64,000 nt of DNA from Candidatus Foliamicus sp. (GTDB lineage: Bacteria; Pseudomonadota; Gammaproteobacteria; Steroidobacterales; Foliamicaceae). The translations under genes and the position numbers were made by a program. Positions within the stretch are counted from its first letter, which is position 1; the number at the start of each line of letters is the position of its first letter. The stretch lies in assembly GCA_965221325.1 (NCBI GenBank), contig OZ244880.1; one strand, written 5' to 3'. Below the pieces are notes generated by a model. It saw only the letters and a program-made list of their open reading frames with translations. It was not told the origin of the DNA and ran no database searches. Positions 25,976-41,659 of the stretch are shown piece after piece.

Positions 25976-27453
25976 AAACAAGGCGACGGGAAGTCCTGAA
26001 GGGCGTGCTGTCCCTTCCCGCGCTTGCACTGCCTTATCCGCTACGTGCCAGCGGCGCGCCAACGGCCGAGAAAACCTCGGCGATCGTGATTGGCGGCGGG
26101 TTGTCGGGGCTCTATTGCGCACTATCGCTGGCCGATTTCGGCGTCGACGTGCTGCTGCTGGAGGGCTCCCGGCGAATCGGTGGGCGGGCATTCACAGCCG
26201 ATGGGGTGGAAACGCGCCCGGAGTATGGGGCGAGCGAGGTCGGTCCTTCGTATGCCAGAGCCCTCTATCTGTGCTCGCGCCTGAACGTGAAGCTGATTCC
26301 CGACCGCCGGTCGCTGCTACCCATGTCGAACTACGTGCATGGCACATGGGTGTCCTCCAGCGATTGGCCCGCCTCCGATGTCAACAAGATGCCGGAAAGC
26401 GAAAGGCGCACTCCTCCGCTAATGGTGGGGACGCGATTCATTACAGAATTGAACCCGCTCGAAAACCTGACCGACTGGTTATCCGGCAACTTCAATGCCT
26501 ACGATGTTTCGGTGCGAGAGCTGTTCCGGAAAAACGGAGTGTCGGCGGAGGCCTTGCGGCTGGCCAGCAAGACCATGGACATCCTGCAATCATCCAGCCT
26601 GGCGCTCATGCAGGAACGCAAGCGCACCGAGTTCGACGCCAGCTACGCGGGAACCGTCGCCGCCGAAGCGGACTCGCCTTTCGGTCTGATCGGTGGCCAG
26701 GATGAAGACGAAAGCGTGCCTGCGGTGCGCACCATCGAGGGCGGCACATCGCGCCTTCCCGAGGCCATCGCCGCGGAGTTGGGCGACCGGGTGCGTACGC
26801 AGAAAGTCGTGGCGGAAATCGCGATGTCGAAGTCCGGCGCCGATGTGCGCTGCCTGGACGGTAGCCGCTACCGGGCCGATTTCGTGGTCTCGGCGGTCCC
26901 GTTTTCAACCCTGCGCAACATTTCCGTTACGCCGCGGTTCGAAGGCGCACAGGCCGAGGCGGTGTTCCGGCTGCGCAACCGCGGAACCACCCGCGCCTTC
27001 GGAGTGGTCGAGGAGCCCTATTGGGAGGCGGACGGCCTGGAACCCTCGTTCTTCACCGACGAAACGATTCAGACTCTGGCCGTGGTCAAAAAGCCCGGGA
27101 TCGACAAACACACATTCTCGGTGATCTTTACCGGGCCTTCGGCGGCGCGCATCGACCAACTGCCTAATGCCGAAGCCCTGGCGTTGATCGAATCGGAGAT
27201 TGCCCGAATCCGACCATCCACACGGGGCAAGTTGCGTTTTCTGTCGCTGTACGGATGGCGCAACAACCGTCTGGTGCAGGGCTGCCGACACATGTTCGCT
27301 CCAGGGCAGATCACGCAATTCGCGCAGGAGATGATCGTCCCGCACCATCGCCTGCATTTCGCTGGCGAACACGCCCGGCGCGTGGACTTCGGCATGGAAG
27401 CCGCGCTGGAGAGCGGCGAGCGCGCCGCCCAGGAGATACTGGCCAGGGCATAG
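25972..27453 (+). CDS. flavin-containing amine oxidase with Tat-type signal
   Basis: ATG 25972 overlaps the lnt stop (ATGA). MKTRRREVLKGVLSLPALAL twin-arginine signal; FAD fingerprint VIGGGLSGLYCA...LLEGSRRIGGR. Confidence 0.85.
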   Translation: MKTRRREVLKGVLSLPALALPYPLRASGAPTAEKTSAIVIGGGLSGLYCALSLADFGVDVLLLEGSRRIGGRAFTADGVETRPEYGASEVGPSYARALYLCSRLNVKLIPDRRSLLPMSNYVHGTWVSSSDWPASDVNKMPESERRTPPLMVGTRFITELNPLENLTDWLSGNFNAYDVSVRELFRKNGVSAEALRLASKTMDILQSSSLALMQERKRTEFDASYAGTVAAEADSPFGLIGGQDEDESVPAVRTIEGGTSRLPEAIAAELGDRVRTQKVVAEIAMSKSGADVRCLDGSRYRADFVVSAVPFSTLRNISVTPRFEGAQAEAVFRLRNRGTTRAFGVVEEPYWEADGLEPSFFTDETIQTLAVVKKPGIDKHTFSVIFTGPSAARIDQLPNAEALALIESEIARIRPSTRGKLRFLSLYGWRNNRLVQGCRHMFAPGQITQFAQEMIVPHHRLHFAGEHARRVDFGMEAALESGERAAQEILARA

Positions 27454-27467
27454 CCCGAGGCATTGCA

Positions 27468-31851
<4,384 letters not shown>

Positions 31852-31862
31852 CACAGATCTCC

Positions 31863-33125
31863 TCAACTATTCGGCCGCGGCATTATCGCGCCCGTCAACC
31901 GTTCGATTTCCATTTGTTGGCGGCGGGCATCTATCGCCGCCTGCACCAATTCGGAGCGCGTGGACAATATTTCCGATTCAAGTTGTTGCAGTTCCAGGAG
32001 GCTGAAGCGGCCCGCCTCGTAGCCCTCTCGCGCCTGCTCGGCGACCACGCGCAGGGCGGGCAGCACTTCGTCGCGCAGCGCCTCGGCGCGCATCAGACTG
32101 TGCTTCATCTCGTGATGGATGGCGAACAACTTCGCCTCGACCTGCACTCGCGTTGCGGCCTGTTCGGCAGTCAGTTGCGCCAGGTTGGCTTGCGCTTCGC
32201 GTACTTGTCCTTGATTGCGTTGCCCGGCCATGAACGGAATCGTCAGGCCGAAGGTGAACGCGTAATCGTCCTGCGCCTCAAGACGCCGGATGCCGGCGCT
32301 GGCGCGCCAATCGGGCCTCGCGCGCAGTTCGGCAAGCCGCAGTTCCGCCTCGCGCAGCCGCCGCTGACTCACGTAGGCAGCCAAATCCGGCGAGCGGTCG
32401 AGCTGCTCCACCAGCGCCTCGAAGCCGGGCAGCGGCGGCAATTCCCGCCAGTTGCCGAGCACGCCCGAAAAGTCCGGCTGCAACTGTCCCCACTGGGCGG
32501 CCAGCAAATGCCGGGCATTCGTGAGGTCGTGCTCCATGTCCGCCCAATACAACCGTGCCCTGGCCAGATTCGCCTTCGCTCTGGCCAGATCCGCAGTCGC
32601 ATCGGCGCCCGACGCGACACGCTGCTCCAGCACGGCCACGGTCTGTTCCGCCACCTCGATAGCTTGCTGCGAAAGCGCGTAGCGCTCCTGAAATTCGAGG
32701 TTGTCCAGGTACAGCAGCGCCGCCAGGGTGGCCGCATCAAGCCGCCGGATCTCCGCCTCGGCCTCAAGCACCGAAATGCCGGCGCGGGCGGCCGCAATGT
32801 AGCTTTGCCGTTTGCCGCGCTCCAGCGCCCAGCCCAAGCTCAAGGTTGTTTCCGCGCCGCCGACGCCGCTCACGCCGCCGGTGCCGAGAAAGTCCTGCGC
32901 TTCCAATTCCAGTTGCGGGGCGGGCGGGATGCGCGATTGCGTCAAGCGCCCCTGCGAAGCTTCGATCTGGTAGCCGAATGCCACCAACTCCGGATTGTGA
33001 GCCAAGGTTCGCTCGATCGCCTGTTGCAATCCAAGTTCTTCGGCCGCGTCCGCGGCGCCCAGCCAGGTAACGGCCAACAGGCCGGCAACAAGCGTGAACG
33101 CCGGGCTGCTACGCGTATCCCTCAT
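31863..33125 (-). CDS. czcC: outer-membrane efflux protein (CzcC/TolC family)
   Basis: Signal peptide and two tandem OEP-type coiled-coil repeats. It is the first gene of the three-gene efflux operon. Confidence 0.85.
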   Translation of the reverse strand: MRDTRSSPAFTLVAGLLAVTWLGAADAAEELGLQQAIERTLAHNPELVAFGYQIEASQGRLTQSRIPPAPQLELEAQDFLGTGGVSGVGGAETTLSLGWALERGKRQSYIAAARAGISVLEAEAEIRRLDAATLAALLYLDNLEFQERYALSQQAIEVAEQTVAVLEQRVASGADATADLARAKANLARARLYWADMEHDLTNARHLLAAQWGQLQPDFSGVLGNWRELPPLPGFEALVEQLDRSPDLAAYVSQRRLREAELRLAELRARPDWRASAGIRRLEAQDDYAFTFGLTIPFMAGQRNQGQVREAQANLAQLTAEQAATRVQVEAKLFAIHHEMKHSLMRAEALRDEVLPALRVVAEQAREGYEAGRFSLLELQQLESEILSTRSELVQAAIDARRQQMEIERLTGAIMPRPNS

Positions 33126-33185
33126 GCCGGATTTCTCCCAGCGCCCGAAGGCGCGGTTGCTTGCTTCACATTGCGTGCGTCCAGA

Positions 33186-33992
33186 TCAGGCACGGCTGAC
33201 CTTCAGGCGTTTGACGCGGCGGCGATCGGCTGCGACAACTTCGATGCGCCAGCCGCCGGCATCCACTCTTTCGCCGACCCTGGGCAGACGGCCAAGCCGA
33301 TGCATGACGAGACCGCCAACGGTGTCGAAATCCCCTGTATCGAGTTGCGTTCCCACCTGTTCGTCGAAATCCCCAATGCGCATCTGGGCGCTTACCCGAT
33401 AGCTGCCGTCTTCCTGGCTCACGAGCTCCGGGGCTTGTTCCGGGTCGTGCTCGTCACCGATTTCGCCGACTATCTGCTCAAGTACATCTTCGATGGTCAG
33501 GAGACCGGCGGTGCCGCCGTACTCGTCCACTACCACTGCCAAATGATTGCGCCCGCGCCGAAATTCGTCAAGCACGGCGTCCAGCCGCTTGGACTCGGGA
33601 ATCAGCGTGGCGGGTCGCAGCAGTGGCTTGATTTCCAAACGGCTGCCAGGCGCCTCGGTCATTGCCCGCAGGAGGTCCTTGGCCAGAATTATGCCCACCA
33701 CCTGATCCGGGTCGTCACCGATCACCGGAAAGCGCGAGTGTCCAGAGTCAATGATGGTGGAAAGCATCTGTTCGCGGCTGTCGTCCAGGCGCAGAACCAC
33801 CATGCTCGAACGCTGCACCATGACCTCGTGTACCTCGCGGCGGGAAACTTCAAGCACGCCCTCGATCATGGTCTTTTCGCCGGCATTGATCTCGCCCTCG
33901 TCGCGCAACTCGCCGAGCAGCGCCGGAATGCCGGCGCGGGTAGGCCGCCCGCGTCCGCGCAGCCGGCCCAGGAGGCTGCGCGCGCCGCTCAC
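33186..33992 (-). CDS. corC: CBS-pair/CorC_HlyC-domain magnesium-cobalt efflux-associated protein
   Basis: CBS pair followed by a transporter-associated C-terminal domain. The GTG start overlaps the ybeY stop (GTGA). Conserved position downstream of ybeY. Confidence 0.85.
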   Translation of the reverse strand: MSGARSLLGRLRGRGRPTRAGIPALLGELRDEGEINAGEKTMIEGVLEVSRREVHEVMVQRSSMVVLRLDDSREQMLSTIIDSGHSRFPVIGDDPDQVVGIILAKDLLRAMTEAPGSRLEIKPLLRPATLIPESKRLDAVLDEFRRGRNHLAVVVDEYGGTAGLLTIEDVLEQIVGEIGDEHDPEQAPELVSQEDGSYRVSAQMRIGDFDEQVGTQLDTGDFDTVGGLVMHRLGRLPRVGERVDAGGWRIEVVAADRRRVKRLKVSRA

Positions 33993-34447
33993 GCCGGGAC
34001 CTCCGCCCAGGGATCGGGCCAGCCTGCCCGTTCCAGCAGGCTGGACTCAAGCGACTCCATGGCCTGAGCCTGCTGGGGTTCCTTATGGTCGTGCCCGGCC
34101 AGGTGCAGGCAGCCATGCACGACCATGTGAGCGAGATGTGCGGCCGGCGCGCACCCGCGCTCCGCTGCCTCCGAATGAACCACCGGCAGACAGATCACGA
34201 TATCGCCGATCTGTCCCACGGAACGATCCGCCGGAAAAGCCAGCACATTCGTGGCCCGGTCAATGCCGCGCCAGGTTCGGTTGAGCGCGCGGCTCTCGGC
34301 TTCGTGCACCAGTCGCACGGTCACCTCTCCTTCGCCGGCATACTCCGCCAGGCTGGCTCTTGCCAAGGCGCGAATGGTGGCTCCGGAGAGCTGCGCCGCG
34401 GGATCAGGGGCACAATTTGCGGCGTATTGCACGGCAACCCTGATCAC
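33989..34447 (-). CDS. ybeY: rRNA maturation endoribonuclease YbeY
   Basis: Zinc motif HGCLHLAGHDH. 152 aa. The GTG start overlaps the phoH stop. Confidence 0.9.
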   Translation of the reverse strand: MIRVAVQYAANCAPDPAAQLSGATIRALARASLAEYAGEGEVTVRLVHEAESRALNRTWRGIDRATNVLAFPADRSVGQIGDIVICLPVVHSEAAERGCAPAAHLAHMVVHGCLHLAGHDHKEPQQAQAMESLESSLLERAGWPDPWAEVPA

Positions 34448-35442
34448 GTCTGCTGTGCGCCTTCGTAGGCTTCCAGAATGCGGCGCACCAGGGCATGCCG
34501 AACCACGTCGCGGGAGGAGAAATGCACGGCAGCGATGCCGGTAACGGAGTGCAATATCTTCAAGGCGTGCCGCAGACCGCTCTCGCTGGCGCGCGGCAAG
34601 TCCACCTGGGTGATATCACCCGTGACCACGGCGCGAGAGTCGGCGCCGAAACGGGTCAGAAACATTTTCATTTGCTCCGGCGTGGTGTTCTGACCTTCAT
34701 CGAGAATCACGAAGCTGCCGTTCAGTGAGCGGCCGCGCATATAGGCCAGCGGCGCCACTTCGATGATTCCCCGCTCCACCCACTGCGCCACCCGCTCCGC
34801 GCCCAGCATCGCGTAGAGCGCGTCATATACCGGCCGCAAATAGGGATCGACCTTGCTGGCGAGATCGCCGGGCAGGAAACCCAGGCGTTCGCCGGCCTCG
34901 ACCGCAGGGCGCACCAGCACGATGCGCTGAACCTGACCCGCCCGATGCGCCTCCAGCGCACAGGCTACGGCCAGCCAGGTCTTTCCGGTGCCCGCCGGGC
35001 CGATCCCGAAAGTGAGGTCCCGGGCGCGAATCTCCTTCACGTAGCGCCGCTGGTTGGCGCCTCGCGGCCGCACGCGCAGACGCGGAGTATCCACGATCAG
35101 GCGCATGTCCTCATCAGTTTCCTTTGCCGCAATCACACCCTTGTCATCGGCTACTTCGCTGCGTCCGTTGGCCTTGACGCCATCAGCCACTTGCGCACAT
35201 TCGCTAAGGCAGGCCTGAATGCGAGCCGCGTCCAGCGATTCGTCCGCAGCCATGCGATACAACTCGTTCAGCGCCGCGACGCCGGCCCGGGCGGCGTCTT
35301 CCACGCCCCGCACCCGAAAACGGTTGCCCTTGCTGGAAATGCGCACACCAAGCCCCTGCTCGATTTGCCTGAGGTGCTTGTCGAGTTCGCCGCACAGGTT
35401 GGCCAGCGCGCCGTTATTCGCGGGCAGGAGGACAACCTCCAT
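34444..35442 (-). CDS. ybeZ: PhoH-family ATPase (YbeZ)
   Basis: Walker A GPAGTGKT and the PhoH C-terminal region. ATG 35442 (MEVVLLPANN...) aligns with typical YbeZ N-termini; the track start at 35481 is TTG. Confidence 0.9.
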   Translation of the reverse strand: MEVVLLPANNGALANLCGELDKHLRQIEQGLGVRISSKGNRFRVRGVEDAARAGVAALNELYRMAADESLDAARIQACLSECAQVADGVKANGRSEVADDKGVIAAKETDEDMRLIVDTPRLRVRPRGANQRRYVKEIRARDLTFGIGPAGTGKTWLAVACALEAHRAGQVQRIVLVRPAVEAGERLGFLPGDLASKVDPYLRPVYDALYAMLGAERVAQWVERGIIEVAPLAYMRGRSLNGSFVILDEGQNTTPEQMKMFLTRFGADSRAVVTGDITQVDLPRASESGLRHALKILHSVTGIAAVHFSSRDVVRHALVRRILEAYEGAQQT

Positions 35443-35477
35443 GGTGTGCGTTTCGCTGTTCAGGACGCGCGAAAGCC

Positions 35478-36818
35478 TCAAGCGGCCAGGGATTCCGGCA
35501 GCAGCCGGCCGCGCAGCGAATTGGGAAGCGCTTCTGTAATCACCACGTCAACAAACTGTCCGATCAATGCTGTCGGAGCATCAAAGTTTACCCATCGATT
35601 ATTGCCGGTGCGGCCGGCGATCAGTCCCTCGCCGCGCCGAGCCTTGCGTTCCACCAGAACGCGTTGCCGTGTATGCACCATGCTGCGCGAGATACGGCGT
35701 GCCTGCTCGGACACCAGTGCCTGCAGGCGCTTGAGCCTGGCGAGCTTTACCTGCTCGGGCACCGGATCGGCCATGCGTGCTGCGGGCGTACCGGGCCTTG
35801 CGCTGTACACGAAGCTGAACGACTGATCGAACCCGACTTCCTCGATCAAGGCCAGAGTTTCAGCAAACTCTTCCTCAGTCTCGCCCGGGAATCCCACGAT
35901 GAAGTCGGAGGCAACGCTGATCCCTGGCCGGGCGCGGCGCAGGCGCTCGATCTTGTCGCGGTATTCGGCCGCCGTATAGCCCCGCTTCATTCGGGCCAGC
36001 ACTGCATCCGAACCGCTTTGCACAGGCAGGTGCAAGTAGGACGGCAGTTTGTCGAAGCGGGCATAGGCTTCGATCAGCCGGCCATCGAACTCCATCGGAT
36101 GCGAGGTGGTGAAGCGAATCCGGCCGATGCCTTCAAGCCGTGAAATGTAACGGATCAGCCCCGCAAGATCCTCAAGGCCGCCGGCCGGGGCCGGTCCGCG
36201 GTAGCCGTTCACGTTCTGGCCTAGCAGGTTGATTTCGCGTACGCCCTGCCGTTCGAGTTGAATCGCTTCGGCCAGCACGTCGGCCACTGGCCGGCTGATT
36301 TCCTCGCCGCGGGTGTACGGGACCACGCAGAACGAACAGTACTTGCTGCACCCTTCCATAACCGACAAGTGGGCGACCGGAGAGGCGGCCCTTGGCGAAG
36401 GCAAAGAAGCGAATTTTTCTTCGGCGGGAAAAGCCACATCGACTACCGGTTCGCCGCCGGCCGACGAATACTTGAGGAGTTTGGGAAGCCGATGCAGAGT
36501 TTGCGGGCCGAAGATCACGTCCACATAAGGCGCCCGATCGCCGATGGCCGCGCCTTCCTGGCTCGCCACGCAGCCGCCTACGCCGATCTTGAGTCCGGGA
36601 CGCTTGCGCTTGAGGGCCTTGTAGCGCCCCAGCTCTGAAAACAGTTTCTCCTGCGGCTTCTCGCGCACCGAGCAGGTGTTTATGAGCACCACGTCGGCTT
36701 CTTCGGGATTCTCGGTGAGCGTGAATCCATCGCTTTCGCGCAGCACGTCCGCCATGCGGGCGGAATCGTACTCGTTCATCTGGCAGCCGAAAGTGCGAAT
36801 GTAGAGCTTGCCGCTCAT
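35478..36818 (-). CDS. miaB: tRNA-i6A37 methylthiotransferase MiaB
   Basis: N-terminal FGCQMN cluster region, radical-SAM CSKYCSFC, and a TRAM-like C-terminus. Confidence 0.92.
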   Translation of the reverse strand: MSGKLYIRTFGCQMNEYDSARMADVLRESDGFTLTENPEEADVVLINTCSVREKPQEKLFSELGRYKALKRKRPGLKIGVGGCVASQEGAAIGDRAPYVDVIFGPQTLHRLPKLLKYSSAGGEPVVDVAFPAEEKFASLPSPRAASPVAHLSVMEGCSKYCSFCVVPYTRGEEISRPVADVLAEAIQLERQGVREINLLGQNVNGYRGPAPAGGLEDLAGLIRYISRLEGIGRIRFTTSHPMEFDGRLIEAYARFDKLPSYLHLPVQSGSDAVLARMKRGYTAAEYRDKIERLRRARPGISVASDFIVGFPGETEEEFAETLALIEEVGFDQSFSFVYSARPGTPAARMADPVPEQVKLARLKRLQALVSEQARRISRSMVHTRQRVLVERKARRGEGLIAGRTGNNRWVNFDAPTALIGQFVDVVITEALPNSLRGRLLPESLAA

Positions 36819-36938
36819 GTCTGAAGCACCCCTATCAATCCCATGCGGCGATACCGCCGCTCACACTTTCGAAGACTCTGCGCAAGCTGCAAATGAATCT
36901 CTAAAACCTGGTGTCCTGTCCCGCTGCGCGAAAGAACC

Positions 36939-37415
36939 CTAGAAGGGAACCTCGTCATCCATGTCGCTGTCGCCCAGATTGCCATTGCTATTGCCATTGC
37001 TATTGCCATTGCCATAGCCGCCACGCTGCCCGCCGCCGGCTCCCCCGCCCGCGCGGCGCTGCTCGAAATCGCCGCCTTCGCCGCGGCGATCCAGAAACTG
37101 CATGTCGTCGGCCACGACCTCCGTGCTGCGCCGCTCGTTTCCGTCGCGGTCCTGCCAGGAACGTGTGCGCAAGCGGCCTTCCACGTATATACGCGAGCCT
37201 TTCTGCAGGTATTGCTGCGCCAGCTCGGCGCGCCGTCCGAACAACACTACGTTGTGCCACTCCGTGTGTTCCTGCACCTGGCCGGTGTCCCGGCGGGTCC
37301 ACCGCTCGTTGGTGGCGATGCGGATATTCGCCACCGGATTACCGTTCGTCATTTGCCGAACTTCCACGTCATGCCCCAGGTTGCCGACCAGAATTACCTT
37401 GTTTACTCCACGCAT
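36939..37415 (-). CDS. ssb: single-stranded DNA-binding protein
   Basis: OB-fold N-terminus [20 protein letters not shown], Gly/Asn-rich linker, and acidic tip DDEVPF. Confidence 0.92.
   Translation of the reverse strand: MRGVNKVILVGNLGHDVEVRQMTNGNPVANIRIATNERWTRRDTGQVQEHTEWHNVVLFGRRAELAQQYLQKGSRIYVEGRLRTRSWQDRDGNERRSTEVVADDMQFLDRRGEGGDFEQRRAGGGAGGGQRGGYGNGNSNGNSNGNLGDSDMDDEVPF
36978..37013. repeat. 3 x 12-bp tandem repeat inside the ssb linker
   Basis: attgccattgct / attgccattgct / attgccattgcc on the plus strand encodes the (GNSN)n part of the SSB disordered linker. Confidence 0.85.
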
Positions 37416-37731
37416 TCCTCACTCTCCCAAACGTTCCCTCTCCGCTCGGGAAAGGGTGGCGGACTATTTTGCCATCACTTGTCCTCGCGGTCGTGGCCGT
37501 CGCGGCAAGAATTCCGGTGCGTTTCGCCCATATTGGGCGCAGTACGCAAAATTGCATGTGGCCGTACCGATTGCCGCAGGGAATTCCACCGCTCGCCCTG
37601 CGTAGGCGCAAGTGGACAGTGCTTGGCGCCTGCGCAACCGCAAGGCTCGCATTGCAGCGCGACCCTTGAAAAGGGCGGCCGAGGGGCGGGTTTCGCCGCG
37701 TGGGGCCGCGAGGGTATATTGGCAGGCTGCC

Positions 37732-40587
37732 ATGAGTGAAATCCGCATCCGCTCGGCGCGCACCCATAATCTCAAGGGCGTCAGCCTGTCGCTGCCGCGC
37801 GACCGGCTTATCGTGATTACCGGGCTATCGGGTTCGGGCAAGTCGTCGCTGGCGTTCGACACGATCTACGCGGAGGGTCAAAGGCGCTATGTAGAGTCGC
37901 TTTCGGCCTATGCCCGCCAGTTCCTGAGCGTGATGAGCAAGCCGGATGTGGACCACATCGAAGGGCTTTCGCCGGCAATCGCCATCGAACAACGCTCGGC
38001 TTCGCACAACCCGCGCTCCACGGTGGCGACGGTAACGGAAATCTACGACTACATGCGCCTGTTGTTCGCGCGTGCCGGCGTACCCCGTTGTCCACGGCAC
38101 CAGCGCGAACTGAGTGCGCAAACCATCAGCGAAATGGTCGATGAGGTACTGAAGCTTCCCGAGGGCACGGCCATCAACCTGATGGCGCCGGTAGTGCGCA
38201 ACCGCAAGGGCGAGCACCGCAAGTTGTTCGCCGACCTCGTGGCGCGTGGCTTTGTGCGGGCTCGGGTGGACGGCGAAGTGTGCGAAATGGACAACCCGCC
38301 GGAGTTGGACCTGCGCCGCAACCACAGTATCGAGGTGGTGGTGGACCGACTGCGGGTGCGCGAGGAATTGCGCCAGCGCCTGGCCGAGTCCTTCGAGGCC
38401 GCGCTAACGCTTGCCGACGGCGTGGCGTTGATTGGGTTCATTGACGAACCGGACAAGGCAGACCTGTTGTTCTCCAGCCGCTTTGCCTGTCCCATGTGCG
38501 ATTTCGCCATCCCGGAACTGGAGCCGAGACTCTTTTCGTTCAACAATCCCGCCGGCGCCTGCGAGTCCTGCGCCGGACTGGGCTCAAAGCGATTCTTCGA
38601 TCCCGAACGCGTGGTGCGTCCGCACCTGAGCCTGGCGGGCGGTGCCGTGCGCGGCTGGGACCGGCGCAACGCCTGGTACTACAGCACCCTGGAGAGCCTC
38701 GCCCGCCACTATGGCTTCGATCCCGAGATTCCTTTCGAGACCCTGCCCGCGAAAATTCGCCAAGTCGTGCTGTACGGCAGCGGCCGAACGCGTATCAAGT
38801 TCACCTACCGCTTCGCCACGGGCCGAAAGTTCACGCGTACGCGCACCTTCGAAGGAGTTCTACCCAACATGGAAAGGCGCTACCGCGAAACGGAATCTCA
38901 CCGTGTACGCGAGGAACTGTCGCGCTACCTCGGCTCCACGCCCTGCCCGGACTGCGACGGCGCCCGCCTCAACGAAGCGGCGCGCAACGTGATGGTAACG
39001 GACCGCTCGATCTCGGAGTTGAGCGGCATGAGCGTGGACGCTGCCCTGAACTTTTTCGCTTCGCTCAAGCTCAAGGGATGGCGGCAGGAAATCGCCCAAC
39101 GCATCATTCGCGAGCTGGGCGAGCGGCTCCGCTTCATGGCCGATGTGGGGCTGGGTTACCTGAATCTTGACCGGCGGGCCGAGACGCTGTCGGGCGGCGA
39201 GGCGCAACGAATCCGATTGGCCAGTCAGATCGGCTCGGGACTGGTGGGCGTGATGTATGTGCTCGATGAACCCAGCATCGGCCTGCATCAGCGGGATAAC
39301 CAACGCTTGCTGAACACGCTCAAGCGACTGCGGGATCTCGGCAATACGGTGCTGATGGTGGAGCACGACGAGGAGGCGATCTGCAGCGCCGACCATATCG
39401 TCGATCTGGGGCCCGGAGCAGGGGCGCATGGCGGCCAGGTGGTGGCGCAGGGGTCACCCGAAGAGATCAAACGCGAGACGGCCTCCCTGACCGGGCAATA
39501 CCTGAGCGGCGCGCGCGGCATCGCTGTGCCGACAGTGCGGCACGCGCCCCAACCCGACCGCGTACTCGCCATCGAAGGCGCCAGCATGAACAACCTCAAG
39601 GCGCTTAACGTGACACTGCCGCTCGGATTGATGACCTGCGTGACCGGCGTGTCCGGTTCCGGAAAGTCGTCGCTCGTGAACGAAACGTTGCTTCCCGCGG
39701 TGGCGGCCGCAATTGACCGCAAGCCTCATGCCGGCGCCAAGTTGCGGTCGCTGCGGGGTTGCGAGCGCATCGACCGTGTGATCGAGATCAGCCAGGATCC
39801 GATCGGGCGGACGCCGCGCTCCAATCCGGCCACCTACACCGGGTTGTTCACGCCTATCCGCGAGTTGTTCGCCCTCGTCCCGGAGGCGCGGGCGCGCGGC
39901 TACAAGCCCGGGCGCTTCAGCTTCAACGTGCGCGGCGGCCGCTGCGAGGCGTGCCAAGGCGGTGGTCTGATCAAGGTGGAAATGCACTTTCTTCCCGACA
40001 TCTACGTGCCCTGCGACGTATGCGAGGGGCGGCGCTACGGGCGCGAGGCGCTGGAAATCCGCTACCGGGGGCTGAACATTCATGAAGTCCTGGAGTTGAG
40101 CGTGGAGCAGGCGGCTAAAGTGTTCGCCAACGTGCCAAAGGTGGCGCAAAGGCTGGCGACGCTACTCGATGTGGGCCTGGGCTACATCCGCCTGGGCCAA
40201 AGCGCGACGACGCTTTCCGGCGGAGAGGCGCAGCGCGTGAAATTGTCGCGGGAGCTGGCCAAGCGCTCCACCGGACGCACTCTCTACGTGCTGGACGAGC
40301 CCACCACCGGCCTGCATTTCCACGACGTGGCGCAACTCCTGGCGGTGCTTCACCGGCTGCGCGACGGCGGCAACACGGTGGTCGTGATCGAGCACAACCT
40401 GGACGTGATCAAGACCGCCGACTGGGTTATCGACCTAGGGCCGGAGGGCGGCGAATCCGGCGGCGAACTGCTGGCGGCGGGTACGCCGGAGGATGTTGCC
40501 CGCGTTCGGCGCTCGCACACCGGACGCTACCTTGCCAAGCTGCTGCGCAGCTCCAGTACCCACACCAGCCAACGAAGCGCTGCCTGA
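37732..40587 (+). CDS. uvrA: excinuclease ABC subunit A
   Basis: [19 protein letters not shown], two ABC modules ([25 protein letters not shown] signatures) and Zn-finger Cys pairs. ATG 37732; the track start at 37612 is too far upstream. Confidence 0.95.
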   Translation: MSEIRIRSARTHNLKGVSLSLPRDRLIVITGLSGSGKSSLAFDTIYAEGQRRYVESLSAYARQFLSVMSKPDVDHIEGLSPAIAIEQRSASHNPRSTVATVTEIYDYMRLLFARAGVPRCPRHQRELSAQTISEMVDEVLKLPEGTAINLMAPVVRNRKGEHRKLFADLVARGFVRARVDGEVCEMDNPPELDLRRNHSIEVVVDRLRVREELRQRLAESFEAALTLADGVALIGFIDEPDKADLLFSSRFACPMCDFAIPELEPRLFSFNNPAGACESCAGLGSKRFFDPERVVRPHLSLAGGAVRGWDRRNAWYYSTLESLARHYGFDPEIPFETLPAKIRQVVLYGSGRTRIKFTYRFATGRKFTRTRTFEGVLPNMERRYRETESHRVREELSRYLGSTPCPDCDGARLNEAARNVMVTDRSISELSGMSVDAALNFFASLKLKGWRQEIAQRIIRELGERLRFMADVGLGYLNLDRRAETLSGGEAQRIRLASQIGSGLVGVMYVLDEPSIGLHQRDNQRLLNTLKRLRDLGNTVLMVEHDEEAICSADHIVDLGPGAGAHGGQVVAQGSPEEIKRETASLTGQYLSGARGIAVPTVRHAPQPDRVLAIEGASMNNLKALNVTLPLGLMTCVTGVSGSGKSSLVNETLLPAVAAAIDRKPHAGAKLRSLRGCERIDRVIEISQDPIGRTPRSNPATYTGLFTPIRELFALVPEARARGYKPGRFSFNVRGGRCEACQGGGLIKVEMHFLPDIYVPCDVCEGRRYGREALEIRYRGLNIHEVLELSVEQAAKVFANVPKVAQRLATLLDVGLGYIRLGQSATTLSGGEAQRVKLSRELAKRSTGRTLYVLDEPTTGLHFHDVAQLLAVLHRLRDGGNTVVVIEHNLDVIKTADWVIDLGPEGGESGGELLAAGTPEDVARVRRSHTGRYLAKLLRSSSTHTSQRSAA

Positions 40588-40624
40588 ACTGCTGATTCAA
40601 CAGCCGGCGGTCAACGCTTACAAG

Positions 40625-41659
40625 TCAGACCCATTGCGCTGCTGAAGGCTGGTCTCCACCGCGCACCACGAAGGCTAACGCGGAATCACCGCCGGGATTG
40701 TCGATTTCCCGCGCAAGACCGATGGGCACAGTAAGCACGTCACCCGCACCGAGCATCAACGCCTGGCCGCCCCAGCGAATGCGCAAGCGGCCCGCGAGCA
40801 GCGTCCATACTTCCTCCTCCAGGCGTGCGTGAAGCGGCAGGCGGACTCCAGGCTCGAATACCAAACGCCTGAGGTGAAAGCCATGGCGCCAAGCAAGCGG
40901 CGCCTGCGCAACACCTTCCGCTTCGTCGGCGCCGCCAATGATCGGCATTTCTTCAACACGGCCGCCTTCTGCTGCCAGCGCGAGCGCCGACCCGGCCTGG
41001 CCGGCGCCCACGGAATAGCGGACCACGCAGTTCTCCAGCGCAGCGCTGTCCAGGCGATCCAGCGATGCCGCCTGCTGCGCGGTAGTGGCGGGCATTACGG
41101 GCGCTTCCGCGGGAATCGACTCGCCGGCCTGCGTATCGATCAGCCGGCCGCTCTCCAGCAGAACCAGGCCATGCTTGCGCGCCTCGTCGAACACGTAGGG
41201 CGCCCAGGTTACGCGGCCGGGGTCGTCGCCGCCCAGCGCGGCGAACATGAATCCCACGTTATCGCCGATGTTCTCGAATCCCCTGAACACGCGAGTCGGA
41301 ATTGAAATGACATCGCCGCGCTCCAGCACCACCGAGCCATCCTCTCCGTGCTCGCCGGTCATGAAGCGCCAGCGGCCGGCATGAATCCAGAACACTTCCG
41401 CCGTCTCGTGGCTGTGCTGGGAGTTCACGCAGCCGGGCGGCTGCCGCGCGGCGCCGATATTGAAGCCATGCGGCTCGCGGATATGCACGTGCTGATCCGG
41501 GTTCTCCGCCACTCCCGGACCGATGATGGTGAAATTCTCCTTGAACTCGCTGCCCGGCGTGCGCGTGTCGATGAACGCGGTGCGGCAGGGTACCAACTCC
41601 GCATAACGGACCAGGCGGGCGCGCATCTCCCCCGGCATCACTCCGTCCGAAGCCCGCAT
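40625..41659 (-). CDS. bicupin-domain protein
   Basis: Cupin motif SQHSHETAEVFWIHAGRWRF in the N-terminal half and a second cupin-like barrel in the C-terminal half. GGAGGA lies upstream of ATG 41659. Confidence 0.75.
   Translation of the reverse strand: MRASDGVMPGEMRARLVRYAELVPCRTAFIDTRTPGSEFKENFTIIGPGVAENPDQHVHIREPHGFNIGAARQPPGCVNSQHSHETAEVFWIHAGRWRFMTGEHGEDGSVVLERGDVISIPTRVFRGFENIGDNVGFMFAALGGDDPGRVTWAPYVFDEARKHGLVLLESGRLIDTQAGESIPAEAPVMPATTAQQAASLDRLDSAALENCVVRYSVGAGQAGSALALAAEGGRVEEMPIIGGADEAEGVAQAPLAWRHGFHLRRLVFEPGVRLPLHARLEEEVWTLLAGRLRIRWGGQALMLGAGDVLTVPIGLAREIDNPGGDSALAFVVRGGDQPSAAQWV

Noticed and set aside
37416-37731. Search for a LexA/SOS box in the divergent ssb-uvrA intergenic region.
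   Set aside because: I found no CTGT-N8-ACAG-type palindrome. The nearest CTG...CAG pair has the wrong spacing. I cannot claim SOS regulation from the sequence.
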